From a virus: DNA of 32,169 bases. The DNA lies in the IMG/VR virus record IMGVR_UViG_3300045988_177309, positions 1 through 32,169 of that record. One strand, given 5' to 3'. Under the pieces are notes generated by a model. It searched no databases. It was given only the letters and a program-made list of their open reading frames with translations, and had not been told where the DNA came from. The position numbers and the translations under genes were made by a program. Numbering within the stretch: the stretch's first letter is position 1; each line of letters starts with the position of its first letter. This document shows, piece by piece, positions 27,677 through 32,169 of the stretch.

Positions 27677-28697
27677 TGCACAAGTAAATTCATTGATGCG
27701 CGGCCGCCTTGGCTTATATTCTCAATAGCCTGGACAAGATGCCGGTGTTGAAACTCGTGACCAATAGTTTATATAGCGCGGAGGATATCATCAGCAAGAA
27801 AGAATGATTAAAGACAAGCGCCGCAGTTTGGATAAAGCCACTCTTTATTCTTACTAGGCTGCTGATGTGCGGGATATTAACGCAAAAATATTAAATACAT
27901 ATCGTGCGTTAATTAATCCTAATAAATTAAAACAAGATTATGATGATAAGATTGTTTCTGTTGGATTTGAAGCCAGGTTTTAGCCAGGTACTGTTTTTGA
28001 ATGGGTTGGCACTCATACTTATTGGTTAATTTATTTACAAGATTTAACTGAGCTGGCGTATTTTCGTGGTGATATTCGTAAGTGTTCTTATGAAATTGCT
28101 TGGAAAGATGATGATGGTGAACATAAAACTCATGCGGCAATTCGTGGCCCAGTAGAGACAAAAATTAATTTTATTCAAAAGCATGGAATTAGTGTCGATG
28201 AGCCTAATTATTCTTTGAATATATTAATGCCTAAAAATGAAGAAACTTTGAAATATTTTACCAGATATTCTAAATTTTATTTGCATAATGATCCGGTGCA
28301 AGAAAATAAAATTTGTTGGCGAGTTGAAGCTGTAGATTGGATTAGTATGCCGGGCGTTTTAGAAATAAATGCAGTAGAATATTATAGTAACAAAGTTGAA
28401 GATGATATAGAAAATGGTATTGTGGGTGGGCTAGTAGTTGAAGAAAAAAATCCCAATACTGAAGAAGTAGAGGATGCTATTACTGGTGAAACATTTATTA
28501 AGCCTAAGAAGAGATATAGATATCAATTTACTGGTTCTATGATTTCTGATTGGAAAATAAAAACTGATTTGCCATTACAATGCTGGGAAATTGATGAGCA
28601 TTGTATTGAATTAATGTGGCTAAAACCTGTTAGTGGATAGTTTACATTAAGTTATGGTGATTTTGAGAAAGTAATAGTGGTTGAGTCCCTATTTTAA
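27669..28697 (+). CDS. hypothetical structural protein (about 342 aa); 6 in-frame TAGs
   Basis: ATG 27669. Frame shared with track ORF 28215..28640. Open to TAA 28695-97. Confidence 0.5.
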
Positions 28698-28721
28698 TGA
28701 GATAAAGGAGAAAAAAGTGTT

Positions 28722-29330
28722 ATGAAAGTTGTAAGCTATATTGAGCCAAAGTCTTCTTTTTTATCATTAGAGAAAGATTTGGCTATTATTGTAGATAAAA
28801 TTTTGGCTGATACTCGATTAAAAAAATTGTTATATTATCCCTCAAAAGATGCTTTGACTAAGCCGGCTTTAACTGAGGATTAGAGTATTGCATTATTTGG
28901 TAAGCAAATAAAAATAGTGCCAAAGCTTTATATTGATTCTGAGGTTTTTGCTTATTTAATTATTTCTTTTGATAACTTTTTAACAAATATGACAAATCCG
29001 CAATTTAGAGATAATGTATTAGAGGTAGATGTTATTTGTCATTTTGATCAATGGCAATTAACAGATTTTAAATTGCGGCCCTATAAAATTGCAGCGGAAA
29101 TTGATTCTATGTTAAATAATCAAAGATTGACTGGAATTGGATTAACTGAATTTTTGGGTTGCAATCAAATAGTACTTAATGATGAATATGCAGGATTATG
29201 TTTAATGTATCGTGTTGTACATGGTGAAGAAGATAAAAAGAATATGTTAACGCCGCAAGATGAGAAAGTATTCTTAAACGATTATTTTAGTATGGATACT
29301 GTTGGATCTGATGATGAAGATGGAGATTAA
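28722..29330 (+). CDS. hypothetical protein (about 202 aa); 1 in-frame TAG
   Basis: RBS AAAGGAGAAAAAAGTGTTATG. Frame shared with track ORF 28917..29330. Confidence 0.5.
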
Positions 29331-29332
29331 TT

Positions 29333-30058
29333 ATGGATTTACGGCTAGCCTTAATGTCTGGTATAGATATTGCGGTGCCTGAATGCCCTTTAATTATTCA
29401 CTAGCCGAAAATTAGGGAGATAGCTTATTTAGGTGAAACGCCTTTTTTTACTGGTGTTCAAACTCTTTGTTTAGATAAGCGCATGTTTGCTGAAAATCAA
29501 GAAGAATTAGCTATGGTTAATAATTTTTAGATTGTCATGACACTTTTAAATAGTCCGGAAGGACAAGATAAAAAAATACATGTGAAACAATTATTAAATA
29601 TGATATGTCCGAGTTATAAAATTAGCTTTACTCCTCGGTCAATTTTTTTTAATAAAGAAGATACAAATATCATATTAGATGAGGGTAATTTTGATTCCTT
29701 TCAAGAAATTTTACGTCAAATTTTTTGTGTTAATTCCGGGGCGATGGGTGAAACTGCTTTCAATCCCGCAGATGCTAAAGCAAGAGAAATTGCAGAAAAG
29801 CTCATGCGAGGGCGGCAACGAGTTGCAGCGGAGAAGGGAGAGGGTGCGGGCAGCATCTTTGCCCAATACGCATCCATCCTAACAGTAGGGCTTAACTCAA
29901 TGTCTTTACATGATGTTTTAGATTTAACTATGTTTTAGATGTATGATTTAATTGAAAGACTCTCTCTGTATACTAATTGGGACCTTGACGTTCGAACTAG
30001 ATTAGCGGGAGGTAAGCCGGATCAACAACCCGATAATTGGATGAAAAATATTCATTAA
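29333..30058 (+). CDS. hypothetical protein (about 241 aa); 3 in-frame TAGs
   Basis: ATG 29333. Frame shared with track ORF 29537..29938. TAA at 30056-58. Its 3' end contains the RBS of the next gene. Confidence 0.5.
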
Positions 30059-30081
30059 ATATTAAGGAGGAACAAAACACT

Positions 30082-31080
30082 ATGAAGTTTGGTGTCCGCG
30101 AGATTTGTGACGTCGTGTTAAAGGCGAAAGCACCTCAAAAAGTGGGTAATAAAATATTCTATAAAAATGAACCTGTTATTTATTTTGATACATTAAAGAC
30201 TTCTAGTATGGAAGGCGCTGCAACCACAGTTTACGCGCAAGGTGGACGAGGCAATACTCGTCTCGTAGCGTGGGAAGGCGAACGCACTGTAACCTTCACC
30301 ATGGAGGATGCTCTGATTTCCCCTGCGGGATTCATGATTCTTTCTGGTGCCGGTCTTATTGAAGCTGGTAAGGGCGCTCCTATTTATGTTCATACAACTG
30401 AGCAAACTGACCAGGTTATAGTAGGTGCCGATAATGTTACTATTTACTTGAAAGAAAAGCCCTATTTTGCTGATAATAATGAGGATATGGTTTATGTTAT
30501 GCTTATGGATGGCGATGAAGTTGCCACTGAGCCTTATATTCCTGCTAAGCCCGAAGGTTACAGCAATAAGGAAGCTGATAATACTTATGTGAAAGTTACT
30601 GAAGAAGTTGAAGGTATAACCTATGCTGGTTATAAGATTACTCTGCCCATTACTCGTACTGCTGAGGGTGCTGAGCGTGATGATCTCACTCCTTTCAAGG
30701 CTGGTTGCGTTGTATTAGTAGACTATTACGTAGCTAAGGAAAGTGGCGCGCAGCAGATTGAAATTACTGCCGATAAATTTGGCGGTAACTACTACCTTGA
30801 AGCTTCTACTCTGTTCCGTGATCGCAATGGTGTAGATATGCCTGCGGAATTTATTATTCCTAACTGCAAGATTCAGTCTAATTTTACTTTCACAATGGCG
30901 TCTTCTGGCGATCCTTCTACTTTCACCTTTACCATGGATGCATTCCCTGATTATACTCGTTTCGACAAGACTAAGAAAGTCCTCGCCGCAATTCAGATTA
31001 TTGAAACTGCGGGTGCTTCTGATATCGAACGTCTTAAGACTGATCATATCAAGGCTCATGAGGAGTATTTCATAGATTAA
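30082..31080 (+). CDS. major tail (tube/sheath-like) protein, putative (332 aa), no in-frame TAG
   Basis: ATG 30082 preceded by TAAGGAGG. The track's extension to 30037 has no RBS. Followed by a small ORF and a strong terminator. Confidence 0.45.
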   Translation: MKFGVREICDVVLKAKAPQKVGNKIFYKNEPVIYFDTLKTSSMEGAATTVYAQGGRGNTRLVAWEGERTVTFTMEDALISPAGFMILSGAGLIEAGKGAPIYVHTTEQTDQVIVGADNVTIYLKEKPYFADNNEDMVYVMLMDGDEVATEPYIPAKPEGYSNKEADNTYVKVTEEVEGITYAGYKITLPITRTAEGAERDDLTPFKAGCVVLVDYYVAKESGAQQIEITADKFGGNYYLEASTLFRDRNGVDMPAEFIIPNCKIQSNFTFTMASSGDPSTFTFTMDAFPDYTRFDKTKKVLAAIQIIETAGASDIERLKTDHIKAHEEYFID

Positions 31081-31248
31081 TGATTATACACTCTCGCAAA
31101 AAAGCAAGTGTGGGAAATGCTACTAAGGTGGTAGAACCAAAAGTAGAAAAGATTGATATTGAGGAAGAAAAGCCTATTAAGATAACAAAGAAAAAACCTA
31201 AGAAGGTTTTTGAAGAATTAGATTTTGAGCTTGATTCTCAAGAGTAAA
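31081..31248 (+). CDS. small lysine-rich protein (55 aa)
   Basis: ATG overlaps the upstream TAA. ORF MIIHSRKKASVGNATKVVEPKVEKIDIEEEKPIKITKKKPKKVFEELDFELDSQE. Confidence 0.35.
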
Positions 31249-31249
31249 A

Positions 31250-31286
31250 ATGGGGGAAGAGAAATCTTCCCCCATTATTTTTTTAT
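31250..31286 (+). terminator. strong intrinsic terminator (ggggaaga-gaaat-cttcccc + T10)
   Basis: Read from the sequence. Confidence 0.75.
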
Positions 31287-31297
31287 AAGAAAGGAAG

Positions 31298-32169
31298 ATG
31301 GACGTGGGAATAGGTTCAACATTTGCGAGAAATATAACTACCTTAAAAGGGTGGCCTTAGCCTTTTTGGGGTAGATATGAAGAATTAAATAATGTAGTGA
31401 CTCCTAGTATTTCAGCCATTTAGGCTTATCAATTACAAAAAATTAAATAGTTTGAAGAGATTTCGGCCTCAAGAATGGAGAAATATGCTAGAATAAATAA
31501 ATTATTTTCTTCTGGAAATGTTAATAAATTATAGTCTGAACATGCTGAAAATGAAAATAATACTATAGATTAGGCTATAACAAATATAATAAAAGCAATA
31601 AATGGAACTTATCAAGCTAGGGAAAGAATAGACAAAAACCAATATGAATATAATTATTAGAAGTTGTAGAATAAGCTCGAAAATTTAAAAGATGCTATTA
31701 ACTCAGTGAAAGAAATATTAGAATCTGGAAAATAGTCATAGACAATAAATGAATATTTTTTAGACCAAGTGAATAAGGCTATTAAGAACTGTGGAGTGGA
31801 AGGCTCAAATCCATCGCAATGGTTTGCACAGATAAATCAATTTAAAGGTGATATTGTGGAAGAAATAGGTTTAAAATGGTTAAATAGTTTTGGGGTTTCA
31901 AATATAAAAACTTTAAATGTTGGCTCATTAAGCTATCAAGGCTCTTCCAATAAAGGACGTCATAAAGGTTAGTTAATATAGGATTTAATGATTTTATAGG
32001 TAGATGATTTTGATTTAGACACGATACCAATTGAATATAAATTTAACAAAGAGAAAAAAATAGTCACTTTAAGAGAATTTATTGAAAAAATTGAGACAAT
32101 GACAGGTAAATCTGAAGAGATTTCCATTACAGATGAAACATATGATATTTTAGAAAGTTTATCTATTAT
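31298..32169 (+). CDS. large structural protein, tape-measure-like (helical, Q/K/N-rich); about 14 in-frame TAGs; continues beyond window end
   Basis: ATG 31298 after AAAGGAAG. 290 codons open to the window end with no TAA or TGA, but TAG about every 20 codons. Confidence 0.4.

Noticed and set aside
16230-32030. Minus-strand track ORFs inside the late operon (16230..16484, 17343..17585, 18081..18371, 18545..18847, 21782..22090, 24351..24923, 24710..24946, 25067..26017, 30193..30405, 30715..31059, 31842..32030) and alternative-frame plus ORFs (23581..23766, 25317..25520, 29679..29882)
   Set aside because: They lie opposite to or out of frame with strongly supported, RBS-preceded structural genes. 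The 316-aa 25067..26017 ORF is the mirror of the capsid gene's biased codon usage.
16001-32169. Interpreting the fragmented plus-strand ORFs as a decayed or pseudogenised prophage
   Set aside because: Interruptions are exclusively TAG, never TAA or TGA or frameshifts (apart from the intron). Joined frames give full-length proteins with intact motifs. Every gene still terminates on TAA or TGA. That pattern is recoding, not decay.

Overview
This window looks like a large fragment of a bacteriophage or phage-plasmid genome. It shows two translation regimes. Minus-strand genes (1-3946 and 7053-13749) are compact, standard-code ORFs ending in TAA or TGA. They include a DEDDh 3'-5' exonuclease, a GIY-YIG-like protein, small DNA-binding proteins and a tandemly duplicated two-gene module. 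The plus-strand genes are a short block at 4436-6396 and a long structural/packaging block at about 16001-32169. The long block contains a Zn-ribbon protein, terminase large subunit, an endonuclease-like ORF, portal, scaffold-like, capsid-like, adaptor, tail-like and tape-measure-like genes. These genes only make sense if TAG is read as a sense codon, most plausibly glutamine (translation table 15-like). Every break in the supplied six-frame track falls on an in-frame TAG. TAA and TGA do not occur inside these frames. No gene on either strand ends in TAG. The terminase gene is split by a group I (IA-like) self-splicing intron with P, Q, R and S core elements in the canonical order. A 2.2 kb noncoding hub (13750-16000) lies between the two transcription polarities. 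It contains two short structured RNAs with perfect consensus promoters and intrinsic terminators. It also contains a repeated hairpin element with compensatory stem changes, a structured 600-nt segment, a roughly 300-bp extremely AT-rich stretch and the consensus promoter of the recoded late operon. A second regulatory hub (3950-4430) carries iterons and long palindromes next to a recoded HTH gene. I found no suppressor tRNA by eye. Coordinates for features not taken from the ORF track are hand-counted and may be off by a few nucleotides.
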